A DNA stretch of 64,000 nt from Felis catus (lineage: Eukaryota): assembly GCF_018350175.1 (NCBI RefSeq), contig NC_058368.1, positions 71,426,001 through 71,490,000 of the forward strand, read 5' to 3'. The notes beneath the pieces are model-generated. The model was not told the origin of the DNA. It did not search any database and saw only the letters and a program-made list of their open reading frames with translations. Every line of letters begins with the position of its first letter. Position 1 is the first letter of the stretch. Made by a program: the position numbers and the translations under genes. Positions 51,011-64,000 of the stretch are shown here, piece after piece.

Positions 51011-52933
51011 ATAGAAATACTTTAGACTCAGAGACACAATAGGTTGAAAATAAAAGGAGAGAGTTATTAGACAAATATTATATTTACAATACTAATATTG
51101 TTATTACTAGTACTAATATCAGACAAAATTTTAAGACAAAAATTGTTACTGGAGACAAAAAGGGATATTTTATAGACTACATAACACAATTGTTAGAAAC
51201 TATAATACCCCACTTTTAGTAATGGATAGAACAATTAGATAAACAAGGAAGTAGAAGACTTGAAAAATACTATAAACCAAATAGATATAATACAGATCTG
51301 TAGAACAATCCACCCAACAACACCAGAGTATGCAATTTCTAAAGTGCATGTGTGACATTTTCCAGAAAAGACCATATCATATGCTAAGCCATAGAACAAG
51401 ACTCAGTAAATTCAATAGGATTAGAATTATACAAAGTATCTTCTCCAACCACAACTGAATGAAATTAGAAATACACAATAAAGGAAATGAGAAATTCACA
51501 AATATGTGGAAATTAAGCAACCCTAAAAAACCAGTGGGTTAAAGGAGAAATCACAAGAGAAATTAGAAAATATTTTGAAATGGATGTAAACAAAAACATG
51601 GTTCAAAAACTTATGGGATGCATTAAAGCAGTGGTTATTAGAGGGAAATTTAGAGCCAGAAACACAGATGTTACAAAAAGAAGAAAGATACCAATCACGT
51701 CATCTTCCACTTTAGGAAAATAGAAAAAGAAGAGCAAACTAAACCCAAAGTTAGCAGAGGGAAGAAAATACTAAAGATTAAAATGAAAATAAATGAAATA
51801 GAGAATAGAAAAACAATAAAGGAAATTAATAAAAGCAGTATTTGGGAAGATCAACAGAAATGCAAATCTTACAGAAGACTGTAAGAGAAAAAGACTTCCA
51901 ACAGTTAAAAATCGTAATGAAAGAGGAGGTGTGCATACAGACCTTAGAGAATTAAAAAGGATTATAAGGGAATAACTTGACCAGATGTTTACCAACAAAT
52001 TAGGTAACATAAAATGGAGACATTCCTGGAAAGATGCAAGCTACTGACATGGACTCAAGAAGAAACAAAGTCTGTATAGACCTGAAAGAGACTGAATTGG
52101 TCATCACAAAACTTCCCAAAAGGAAGAGCCCAGGACCAGAAGTCTTCACTGATGAATTCAATCAAGTGTTCAGAAGGGAATTAACACCAATTCCTTACAG
52201 ACTTTTCCACAAATAGAGAAGAGAAACATTTGCAACTCATTCTATGAGAGCAATATTACCATCATACTAAAATCAGATAAAGATGTTATGAGTAAAGGAA
52301 ACCGGAGATGAAAATCCCTCATAAATGTTAATGCAATAATCCTCCACAAAATACTACCAAATGGAACCCAGAAATATATAACATAATTATACTCTGTAAC
52401 CAAGTGAGATTTGTTTTAGGAATACATAATTGGCTTAATATCCAAAAATTGGTCAATGTGATAAACCCTATTAATAAATGACAGAAATCACAGTATTATC
52501 TCAATAAATGCAGAAAAAAACCACATTTGATAAAATCCAGCAGCCTTTTGTGGTACAAACCACAATAGAATAGAAGGGAATTTCCTCAGCCTGATGAAGG
52601 CCATTTCTGAAAAACCTACAGCTAACATTGTATTTAATAGTGTATGACTGAATGTTTTTCTCCTAAGATCAGGAATAAGACAAGGATATTTGTTAATTTT
52701 GTTGAGCATTGTACTGGAGTTCCTAGTACGCCACTTTGCCAAGAAAAATAAAAAGTGTCAAGTTGGGGAAGAATTAAAACATTTCCAAATGATATGATCT
52801 TATATGTAGGAAGTCTTAAGGAATTTACAAAATAAAATTGTGTTTTGTTTTTTTTTCATTTAAGACAGGGAATACTTTATTCACACCCATCAGAAATGGA
52901 CAGCTTGGGTCTGTAACAAAGCATTGTGTTTTA

Positions 52934-53166
52934 TTTTTTATTTTTTTTATTTTTTAAAAAAATTAACATTTATTTATTATTGAGAGACAGACCTAGAGTG
53001 TGAGCAGGGGAGGGGTAGAGAGAGGGGGAGACACAGAATCTGAAGCGGGCTTCAGGCTCTGAGCTGTCAGCACAGAGCCCGACGCACGGCTTGAACTCAG
53101 GATCTATGAGATCATGACCTGAGCTGAAGTCAGTTGCCCAACCAACTGGGCCACCCAGGCGGCCCC
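52934..53166 (-). mobile_element. SINEC_Fc in the 3'UTR of the tubulin retrocopy
   Basis: TSD aaagcattgtgtttta at 52918-52933 and 53167-53182. Confidence 0.96.
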
Positions 53167-53318
53167 AAAGCATTGTGTTTTAAAGCGTAGGTCCGTAATT
53201 ATATATGAGACCATACACTGGTACATACATACTAACTGATCAGAGCACAGCTTTTCAGTGTGCAAAATAGAATAAGCTTTCCTGTAAGAGCAGCACCTTT
53301 GTGAGATTTTTAACATTA

Positions 53319-53423
<105 letters not shown>

Positions 53424-54471
53424 TCACTCACATATCAGTGAACAAAGGCATGCTTGTCATACATTAGGTCAAATTTGTGGTTCAGGTGAGCTCAGGCCTC
53501 ACCAGTGGCTGTGGTGTTACTCAGCATGCACACAGCTCACTGTTCTTTGGTGGGTCTTCACCATGTACTGCAGTGGGAGGATGGTAATTAATGCCAGCTT
53601 TAAGGCACTGGGGCACAAGTCAACAAACTAGATGGTATGCTTGGTCTTGATGGTGGCAGTAGCAGTATTGACATCTTTGGGAATGGTACGATAGGCAGCA
53701 AGCCTTGTATTTACCATGGCGAGGGTCACATTTCATCCTTTGGTTGGCTGGCTCAAAGCATACGTTGGTGATCTCTGCTACAGAAAGCTGTTCACAGTAG
53801 GCTTTCTCAGCAGAGATGATGGGTGTATGTGGCCAGAGGGAATTGAATACAGGGATAGGGCACCAGATTGGTTTGGAATTCTGCCAGATCAACATTCAGG
53901 GCTCCATCAAATCTGAGGGAAGCAGTGATGGAGGGTACAGTTTCACCTATCACCCTATTTAGGTTAGTGTAGGTTGTGGACTCAATATCAAGGTTTCTGT
54001 GACCTTCATAGATGCCCTCATTGTCTACCATGAAGGCACAATTAGAGTGCTCCAGAGTGGTGTGGGTAGTGAGGATGGAGTTGTAGGGCTCAACTACAAT
54101 TGTGGAAACCTGAGGTGCTGGGTAAATGAAGAACTCCAACTTAGACTTTTTGCCTTAACTGACAGACTTTCCAGTGAACCTGGAACCAGTTTCTTCTCCA
54201 AAGCTATGGGCAACCAAGAAGCCCTGAAGACCTGGGCACACTGGTCAGCCAGTTTCTGAATTCAGTCCAAGACAGTGTCAGTGATCTATTTGCCAATGGC
54301 CTGGTGGCTTCAGGCGTAGCATCTTCCTTGCCTTTGATGAGCTGCTCAGGGTGGAACAGCTGGTGGTAGGTGCCAGTGTGAACTTCATCAATGACTCTGG
54401 GTTCCAGGTCTGCAAACACTGCCCTGGGCACATGCTTGCCAGCACCTCACCATCTCATTCAAGAACTTGTC

Positions 54472-54696
54472 GGGGCGCCTGGGTGGCTCAGTCGGTTAAG
54501 CGTCCAGCTTCAGCTCAGGTCACGATCTCACCGTCCGTGAGTTCGAGCCCCGTGTCGGGCTCTGGGCTGATGGCTCAGAGCCTGGAGCCTGCTTCCCATT
54601 CTGTGTCTCCCTCTCTCTCTGCCCCTTCCCCGTTCATGCTCTGTCTGTCTCTGTCTCAAAAGTAAATAAACGTTAAAAAAAAAAATTAAAAAAAAA
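54472..54696 (+). mobile_element. Young SINEC_Fc in the CDS of the tubulin retrocopy (after about codon 52)
   Basis: TSD aagaacttgt at 54461-54470 and 54697-54706. Confidence 0.96.
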
Positions 54697-56099
54697 AAGA
54701 ACTTGTTGAAGGAGTCCTCTCTTTCCCCAGTGGTTTTGTCACTTGGCATCTAGCCATCGGGCTGAATGCTGTGTTTCAGGCAGTAGGACTCCCAGCAGGC
54801 ATTGCTGATCTGGACACCAGCTTGGCCAACATGGATGGAGATGCATTCACACATGGTTGCTGCTTTGTGGCTGCTGAACAGATGGCGGTGAGGAAGAGGA
54901 GAGGTTACTTATACGGCATGACTGTTAAGTGGTTGATGTAAGAGAACTTCAGGAATTCATAAAATCAATTAGAACTAATGACTTTTGCAAGGTTGCAAGG
55001 TATAAGAATGATATACAAATACCAAATTTATTTTGATACAGTACCAGCATACAAACTGAAAAAGCAATTAACAAAACAATTTTATTTATGAAAGCACCAA
55101 AAAGAATGCAATACTTAAGCTTAAATTTTTCTACATAGAAGTGCAAGACTTGTGTGGCAAAACAATTGTTGATAAATTAAAGACAACTTAATTGGATAAA
55201 CTTCCCCTATTCATGGATCAGAAAACCTAATACTGAGATAGCAGTACTCACCAACACGTTATACAGATTTTGTGCCATCTGTCTCTCAATCCCAGCTGTA
55301 TTTTTTGCAAAAAAAAAAAAAAATTACAAAATTTGTATGAAAGTGCAAGGGACACAGCATAGCCAAAACAGTCTTAAAAAAGAACAAACTGGGGACTTAC
55401 ACTTCCTAATTACAAAACTTGCTACAAAGCTACAGTAATCAAGACAGGGTTGTACTGGCATAAGGATAGATATGTTGATCAATGGAATAGAATTGAGGGT
55501 CCAAAAATAAATCGTTACACTATGATCAGTTGATTTCAAAATTCTTTGTTTCCATTTTTATGAAATGTCTAGAATGAGCAAAGCTATTGAAATAGAAGGG
55601 ACTTCAGTAGTGGTGTAGGGGGAGGTGAGTATGGAGTGACTGCTAATGGGTCCAGATTTTCCTTTTTGGGGTTATAAAAATGTTTCAAAATTGTCTGTGG
55701 TGATGGGTACACAACCCTGAATATACTAAGCATCATTGAATTGTGCAGTTCAGGTGGGTTAAATTTATGGTGTGTGAACTTTATGTCAATAAAACTGCTT
55801 ACGATTTTTGAAACTTACGTATTTTATATTTAAGAATTTATTTTCCTGTTGGCATAATAGAAGTTTAAAATTTAGGAATTAGCTGAGTTGATGTATCTTC
55901 TCACATGATCGAATCTTCTTTAAGATTATTCTCATGATTATAAAATGTTTATGTGACTGCTCTCAATTTAGTTCCATGAATAAACGTGTACAGAAGTCAA
56001 GTGTTCCTGGGCTACTACTTGGCTGGTGGAAGTGGTATATATATGTGATCCAGTATTCTCCTATTTTTATTTCCTCCTCTGCCTTTGAATGCAAGTGAA

Positions 56100-59000
56100 A
56101 GAAGGTTAAATCAACATAGAGAATTTCTACTTTCTGTAATGGTTATGTAGCTTATTTCCAATTAACCTTCCTCCAAATAACAATGGCAAGCTCTGGAGAA
56201 GATATACAACTATTATTAGAAGGCTCTGGATGACAACTAAAACCAGTCAGAATTTGAATGGATTTTGAGTGTTTGTCGAAGGAAAACACACTGGATGAGA
56301 TCCACCTTTGTATGGCATTTCCCCTGAAGGTGGTCACCATTGCATGTGCGCATCAGGACATGGTACAACTCAGGAGTTAGCCCCAATCTTATTGACTTGA
56401 GGTCTTGGAGAATGATGCTTAGAATTGTAAGAACTGCTGAAGATTGGGCAGGGATCTCATGGCAAAAAGAGAGCAACAGTGAAGATTTCTATCTCTGAAT
56501 TTAGCTTCACTCAAATAGATGATTGATTCCTGATATGTACATGCATGAAGACTTTGCAAATCCCAGTGTATGAATCCCTCTGGAATGCTGAATGAACTGA
56601 GTTGAAGTTGGGTTGCTGCCTTTCAAACAGATGATAATGATTGGAATTTGAGCCTCATCAAATTTGAGGGGCTTGTAAACACTTCGAATTTTCCATTAAA
56701 ACCCCAGAAGGATCATGTCTTAGGAGAAACACTGTTTCTGGAATAAGTGATTTGGAGTTTTAATTCAGTAAAAGCAAAACCAGAAAGACATCCTAGCACA
56801 ACACAAAGGTGAGTCTTGATGACTTCACAGTGATCAGTCAGTAATTTAACTGCCTGTTGAAATAAAAATCAGAATTTTTCAGGGGAAGATAACAGGAAAA
56901 CTACAGTCTCTGCAACATATCCACAATCTGATGTACAAAAAACGATTCACTTGGCACACAATTCAAGAATTAAGTTGACCCATGGTCAAGAGAAAAAGCA
57001 GTTAGTAGAAGCCAACTATGATACTATAAGATATTGGGTTATGTATAAGACTTTAGCACAGTTATTAAAATTATTTTCAAATATTACAGATCAAAATGAA
57101 GTAGTTAATAGGGAATATAAACATAGATCTGGAAACTAGGAAAGTACCAAGTAGAAATTCTAGATCGTAAAATGTATTGTCCCTGCAATGGAAAACTTAC
57201 TGGATAGGCTGAAAAGCATATTGGTTAGTGCTGGCAGAAAGCAGAATGGGTAAACTTAGAAGAATAGAGACTATACACTCTGAAGAGAAAAGGTATTTCA
57301 TAACATTGAAGAGACCCTCATTGACCTAGGTTCATAAGATCAGGAAGTCTAACTTATGTGTATTTGGAGCTACAAAAGGAAATAGAAGACAGAAAATGGG
57401 GTAAGATATATCTGAAAATTCGGAGTTTGTCTTCTTTAGATTGGGAAGAGGAAAGAATTCTGTGTGTGTCTTTTATTCAACTTTATACTAGTGATCCTAC
57501 CCAGTAAGATAAGAAGTCATGGAGATCAGAAAGGGAGAAGTAAATCATTTCTATTCACCAAGGATACAATAGTTTGCATGGAAAACATTAAGGAATCTAT
57601 AACACAATTACTGAAATAAATTTAGCAGAGTTGCAGGATAAAAAGTCAGTCATATAAATTGTTTCAGTGAACTAACAACAATGAGAAAATAAACAGTTTT
57701 GTTTAACAGCATAAAAATGTAGGCAAATAATTTAACAAAATAAATTCAAGACTGTCAGTTGTCAGAGTAGGTAAGGCATGAAAAACTAATAAAGCCTAAG
57801 GATTGGAAAGGAAGCTTTCCAGGACACCTTAATAGGTTACTTAAGAAAACTCTAAGGAATCTGTGATACCACTTAATAAAACTAAGAAATAGGTATAATT
57901 TTCACAAAGGAGGTTCAAGACTGCCACACTTTGCTGAGAGAAATTCACAATATAAAATAAATTAGAGCTATTGTAGATAGGAGGATAAAATGTTAAGGTG
58001 TCTGCTCTCCCTCCATTAATGAAGAGATTCAGTGCAAGCCCAAACGTAACCCCATTAGGGGGGCTGCTTTAGGGAGGAAGGAGAAGAAATTGACCTGTTT
58101 TGAAATTTTTGTGAAAATGCAAAGGGATCTAGAACAGCTAATACCATCTTAACCAATGGACAAAGCTGCAGAACTTGGTATGCAAATCTTCTTGAAACAA
58201 CTAGATGAAACTCCTTCTCTCTCCCATCACACAAGAAAATTAAGGATGAATCATAGGTCCACCTGTAAAACCTCTAAAGCAAAACATGAATATTTCTTCT
58301 GGGCCTTGCTGTAGTCTGAACACTTCTTAGCAAGGACATAAAAGCACTGAGCATAAAAGGGAAAATGCGTATGTTTTTATTCATATTAAAAATTTTCATT
58401 AAACAACAAAGAGATATTATATGTTTGTTAGAATAACTAAAATCCCAAACACTGACAATACCAAATTGTGGAACAACAGGAACTTTCATTCATTGCTAAT
58501 GAGAATGCAAAATGGTGCAGCCACTTTGAAAGACAGTTTAGCAGGTATTTTTCCAAAATGAAACATCCTTTTACCATGTGATCCAGTATTTGTACTCCTT
58601 GGTATTTATTCAAATGAATTGAAAATGTTTCTACCCTACAAACTGAATGTCAATGTTTATAGCAGCTTCACTCGTATTGCCAAAACTTAGAAGTAACCAA
58701 GATGTCCTTCAGTAGGTGAATGGATAAGTAAACTGTGGTACATCCAGACAATGGACTGTTATTCAGCAATAAAAAGGTATTCGCTGTCATCAAGCCACAC
58801 AAAGACATGGAGAAACTTTAAATGCATAATGCTGAGTGAAAGAAGCCAATCTGAAAAGGTTACATTCTGTATGATTATAGCTATACAGCATTCTGGAAAA
58901 GGCAAAATGGTAGAGATAATAAAGATCAGTGGTTGCCAGTGATTCAGGGGGATGGAGGGAAAGTTAAATAGGTAGAGAACAGAGCAATTTTAAGGTGAAA

Positions 59001-60095
59001 TTATTCTATATGAAACCTTAATAGTGGAGACCTGTCATTATACGTTTGTGCAGACCCGTAGAATGTATAGCCCAAAGAGTGAATCCTAGTGTAAACTATG
59101 GACTTTAGCTAATACCAATTTATCAACCTTGGCTCATCAATTTTAACAAATGTACCACAGCAATGCAGAATGGTAATAACTGTAGCCAGGGTAGGGTGAG
59201 TGAGGGTATTTGTAGGAACTCTACTTCCTGCTCAATTTTTCTGGAAACCTAAAGCTGCTCTGAAAAATTAAGTCTGTTAATTTTTTAAAAACTGCTGAAG
59301 GTAAGACATTTTTAAGAGAATTTATAAGCCTCAGGGGTGGTGCAGAATATTCACAAGACCTAAATCTGATAGAGGCTTTCTAAAAAATAACTCCCACAAA
59401 TCAGTAAGACCAACATCTTAATTAAAAAGATGGACAAAATTTTGAAACAAGTGGCCAATAAGCACTAATATTGAGGTGCCCAATATTATTTGTCATAAGG
59501 GGAATGCATGTTAACCTGTAATGAGAAGTTTCTAAGCCACTGGCCTGACTAGAAGTAGAAACACATCACCAAATGGTGGCAAGGCTATGGAGCAAGTGCC
59601 ATTGCTGGGGGGAGTATAGATATGTTTTAATACCTTGTAAGACAGTTTTGACAGTTTTTATAAAATTAAACATGGTTGCCCTCACATTTCCACTCTCAGA
59701 GTTTTTACCCACAAGAAATCAAAACTTCTGTCTTCAAAAAAGGCTCACACAAAGAGTGTTTATAGCAGATTTGTTCATAAGAGCCCCAAACTGGAAATAG
59801 CCCAAATGACCATCAGCAGAAAGATGAACTAATTTTGGTATGCTGGTACCATAGAGTACTGCTCTGCAATAAATAATGAACTGTTAATGTCAATGAGCCT
59901 CAAAACATTGCATTGGGCAAGGAAGAAAAGAAAGCTACATGCAAGAGTGCATGTTTTTGGAGTCTGTTTATGTGAAGCTTTAATCTATAGTTGAACTACT
60001 AGGGAAAGGGACAGATTTATTGGAATGATAAATGATGGAACTTACAGTTTTGAATTTCACTGTATATAAATCATAAATTAATGTATTTTTTTAAA
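56100..60095 (+). mobile_element. Patchwork of old L1M fragments (5'/ORF1 pieces, ORF2 pieces, two 3' ends)
   Basis: 58410-59290 is a clear L1MB/MC 3' end (gagaatgcaaaatggtgcagccactttgaaagacagtt; MDCYSAIKR...CIMLSERSQSEK). The flanking parts are more decayed. Confidence 0.7.
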
Positions 60096-60104
60096 AATAG
60101 GGTT

Positions 60105-60227
60105 GGGACACCGGGGTGGCCCAGTTGGTTGAGCTTCCTACTCTTGATTTTGGCTCAGGTCACAATGCCAGGGTCGTGGGATCAAGCCCCGTGTTGGACT
60201 CCGTGGTGAGCATGGAGCCTGCTTGAG

Positions 60228-60267
<40 letters not shown>

Positions 60268-60270
60268 AAA
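60105..60270 (+). mobile_element. Can-SINE
   Basis: TSD aaaatagggttg / aaaatggggttg; (TC)n. Confidence 0.9.
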
Positions 60271-60339
60271 GAAAATGGGGTTGAAATAATAGAGGAGAGT
60301 TTCAGATATTTCACCATATTCTGAAAATGATGAGACTAA

Positions 60340-60562
60340 TTCTTATTTTAGCATTCCTGTGCCAAGCACGAATCTGAGTGTGTTACACCTTTTACCTTCT
60401 TTAATCAACTTGTGGGGAAAGTGTTCTTACTGTCTTGGGCTCGCTGACCAGGAAATTGAGACACAAGGAGGAAAAGTAACTTGGAAGGCCACATGGCTTT
60501 TGGGGTTGGTGGTCAGTCGATGACCAGGGCTTGCAGAGGCTAAACTCCATTGCTTTTCCTGA
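60340..60562 (-). mobile_element. MIR (further copies at about 15540-15710, 38175-38340 and 41170-41360)
   Basis: ggaaattgagacacaaggaggaaaagtaacttggaaggccacatggct core. Confidence 0.65.
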
Positions 60563-63500
60563 CTGTTCATGCCCAGCATTTAAATTGAGAACCTGAAGCC
60601 TTTGATTGGTAGCACAAGAAATAGGGTTTGCATAATATTAAAATCTGTAAGATTATAAGTAACATTAGTATTCGGTTTCCTGATTCAGGTGTCATTTGTG
60701 TTATTTGTAATGCTAATGACTCGAAACTTGAGGGTGTTCTGTAACCCTTTCTGGGCACTGTTTTGTGATACACAGCCTCATCTATTTGAATGTACACATT
60801 TTAAATTGCATATAAGCAGGATTCTATTCCTCTACTGTGACAATTTCTAGCTTTGAAGAGCTTCTCTGAAAATGCTGCTTTTATCTTTCTTCTGCAGTGA
60901 TGAACTTTAATGTTGGAGTGTTGTAAGTTCTCACATAATAAGGCTTAGATTTTTGTTTGCTTTGGCAGTAGACTTCTGTTTAAAATTCCTTTAATCTGTT
61001 CATTCCATGCTTATATTCATTTTGATAGCTGATGGCTCTGTGAAGAATTTTATATGAATTTATTGCACTAATAAAACTTGTATTTGTAATTCTTTTTCCA
61101 TCCCAACTTGCTAAGAGTGAGTTTTTCAGCAAATTGCTGAATTTTTGTCTTCTTTAGATTTTTTTTCCCTGGAGGAAATAAGAAACAATTCATATGCTAG
61201 ATCTAAAGTTTCATTAAAATTGCTTATGCCCTGTCTCAGGCATTTTAAGTGGGCCATCTGTCTAAACATCTCTCTCTTTTTTTTTCTGATCATTTCCTCG
61301 ACTTATTCATGAACCATGGGAGGGCTCCTTTGTAGTCGCCACATGTAGCTGGTTCCGTCTACCCCCACTGAATACATCTATGTGCTCGCATAACATATCT
61401 TTTCACCGTGCTGGAAATTCTCTGAACTTGGTTCAGATGAATGGCCCACTTTTCTGAAGGCCTTTTTCTTCCTGCAAAGATTTGTATGCAGAAGCTGACC
61501 TCTGTGGCTATGGAATGCAGCGTATTATTCTTGATCATTTTACAGACCACCCACTGTGAAAGTTATGATCAAGCATTGCTTAATGATTCTTTGACCACTA
61601 ACATTGTTTTAACTCAGTGTTTCACTCCTAAATAGGTAATGGCACAATTGAAAACCAGCTTTTCTGAGTGTCTCATAATATGGTTTTGAGATGTTTATAA
61701 TCCTTGATAACTAAAGATGCTGTGAGTTATGTTTACATAAAATCTGCCTTAAAACATGAAATGTAATGGTATTTGGTTACCCAAATTTGGGTATTTGGGT
61801 TAGTATTATTTACACATTTTTGAGTAAAATATTCCAATAAGTTAAATGCATTAATTAGCATTAACATTTGTGATAATCAGCTGACCGTTTTTACTATAAC
61901 ATACAGAAACATTCAGTTTTATTGAGCATATTCATTCTGGTTGGCTGATGATAATCAAAGTGGACAGGTCTGGGTAAGACCTATTATTTGATTTGCTTTG
62001 TGAGTCTCTGTTTATGTGAATTCCCTTTTCCTGGGTTTTGGGGGTTTTGTTTGTTTTTTGAAGTAGTAGTTTAAATGATAACAGCTTTTCAAGTAACTAA
62101 CAAGCTGCACAGATGAAATTTTTGATCAGATGTCAGCCTCTTTTACTAGGCACATAGTTCAGTAAAGAAGCTGTTTTCTGTGTAACATTACTAAACTGAG
62201 TCGAGTGAAACTCTAGGACTTTTTCTCTCCCTTTCCAGAGAGTTGTTCATAAAAATATTTGAGACTATTGTGGATTTGATGGATAAAAGGAACTCCTTTC
62301 TAAAATTTAAAATATAACTGTAAAATGTAACTGCCACCATTATAAACACGTTTGTGCTGGTGGAATTGATACCAGTGTTTCAAAGTAATTATTAACATAG
62401 CCTCAATGATTTTGCAGAAATAGAACACACATACTTTTATACTTCCAGGCTGGTGCATGTTACTTTCTTTATTTGTAGTTTATTACAGTTTATTTCTGCT
62501 GCCCAGTTTATGGATCTTTACACTGGGCATGTATGCCCAACCCCATCCATTTTATTTAAAAACAAAACAAAACTACTTTCAAACTTACATAAAGCCGGAA
62601 GGAATCTTAGCAGATTTTGTTTGCAGAAGAGTGAACTCATGAAGAGATTCCACGGTGTGACCATCTTATATCTCAAGGGCTTGCTGTCACAGTGAAGCCT
62701 CTTTCCTACCTCCTAGTAACACATCACCTTAAAAGAAATTGTTAGGAAAGGGCACTTCAGGAGTTGTGTACTCAGAAGAAGCGACAGCTCCCCCATCACC
62801 TGCCCAGCGCTGCACCAGCTGTATTTCACAGGTGTGGAAATTTTGGGGCCAAAGTACTGGAGTCCCTGGGACCTTGTTAGTAAGGGAATGGACTGAGATT
62901 AAACCCCAGCATTTTAACTCAAAGGAGCCTGTGCTCTTTCTACAAGGTCCCTCTTGGGGCAGGTTCTAACATATATGAAACAGATGTGGGTCAAAATAAA
63001 ACAATGGAAAAATAAATAGTAGTTAGGTTCTGAAGGGTGGCAACCGTATCTCACCACCATCTGTAGGTTTGCTTTCTGTGGGAAAATTCAGTCTGGGTTC
63101 CAACCGGATGTCAGCATTAACTTCCCAGCTCCTCTGGAAACAGAGGCTTGTTGCATAACTGAAAAGAGTCTCCACATTTACTTGAAAGAATTACCTCCTT
63201 CAGGCTACTAAATTGTGAAAAATATTAAGCCTATAATGTAGGTTAAGTGGCAGGGAGCTCACTGAAGTTGTTTGTACTATGGTCAGTACCTATATGGTTA
63301 GGGAACAGTTTATGAGAGAGATGATATTCTTCTTGAAAAATCTGTTGGTTTGTGGAACAGAAGGAATCCAGGGTTTCCCTTAAAGGGATTTCAGTTATGG
63401 GGGTGGGTGGAAATGAATAGATAGCCCTATGGTTGGGACTAATCAAATTAATAAAAGTTAACATTTACATGTACTGTTTGATTTAGTTCTCAGTACATCA

Positions 63501-63597
63501 TCACTGTGATGCAGATACTATTATATATCTAGATTGATTCATAAGGAGATTGAGACTTAATAGTTTGCTCAAGAATGAATTAATGAAAGGGCTGGGT

Positions 63598-63814
63598 TTT
63601 TTTTTATGTTTTTTAAAGTTTATTTTTGTAGGAGAGAGAGAGACTGAGCATGAGCAGGGGAGGGGCAGAGAGAGGAGGAGACACAGAATCCAAAGCAGGT
63701 CCAGGCTCTGAGCTGTCAGCACAGAGCCCGAGGCGGGGTTTGAACCCACAAACCGTGAGATCATGACCTGAGCCGAAGTTGGATGCTCAACCGACTGAGC
63801 CACCTAGGTGCCCC
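63598..63814 (-). mobile_element. SINEC_Fc
   Basis: TSD gaaagggctgggttttt on both sides. Confidence 0.95.
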
Positions 63815-64000
63815 AGAAAGGGCTGGGTTTTTAACCCACTTGTGTGAGTTACCAGAGCTTGGGTTTGTGACCACTGTGCTTATTTCTCCTGCTTGCTTTG
63901 GTTTGGTTTGGTTTGGGAAGTAATTTAAGGTTTTGGCGCAACCAGATACGCAAGTCATGAATAATCAGAAATAAAACTGGATACAAAGAGAGGGACCTTA

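Noticed and set aside
61330..61355. CTCF site (agtcgccacatgtagctgg)
   Set aside because: Spacing does not fit the CCASYAGRKGGC core.

Overview
Mammalian genomic DNA from a carnivore, most likely a cat or other felid, judged by dozens of tRNA-derived Can-SINEs of the SINEC_Fc type and feline-type L1 3' ends. The whole window lies inside the + strand gene PCCA (propionyl-CoA carboxylase alpha). Only two coding exons are present, 14695-14805 and 30455-30563 (probably human exons 17 and 18, numbering from memory); the rest is intron. The introns are dense with SINEs, old and young L1 pieces, L2/MIR, MaLR/ERV LTRs and hAT/Tigger DNA-transposon fossils. The most distinctive object is a full-length, disabled processed pseudogene of TUBA1A (52840-54950, - strand). 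It is inserted into ORF2 of an old L1 and is itself interrupted by two SINEs. I cannot support a novel biological system from sequence alone. The best leads are the nested retrocopy, near-identical inverted SINEs bracketing an exon, re-used insertion sites and several repeat-free blocks that may be enhancers. Repeat family names were assigned by eye, and boundaries are approximate unless target-site duplications (TSDs) are quoted.
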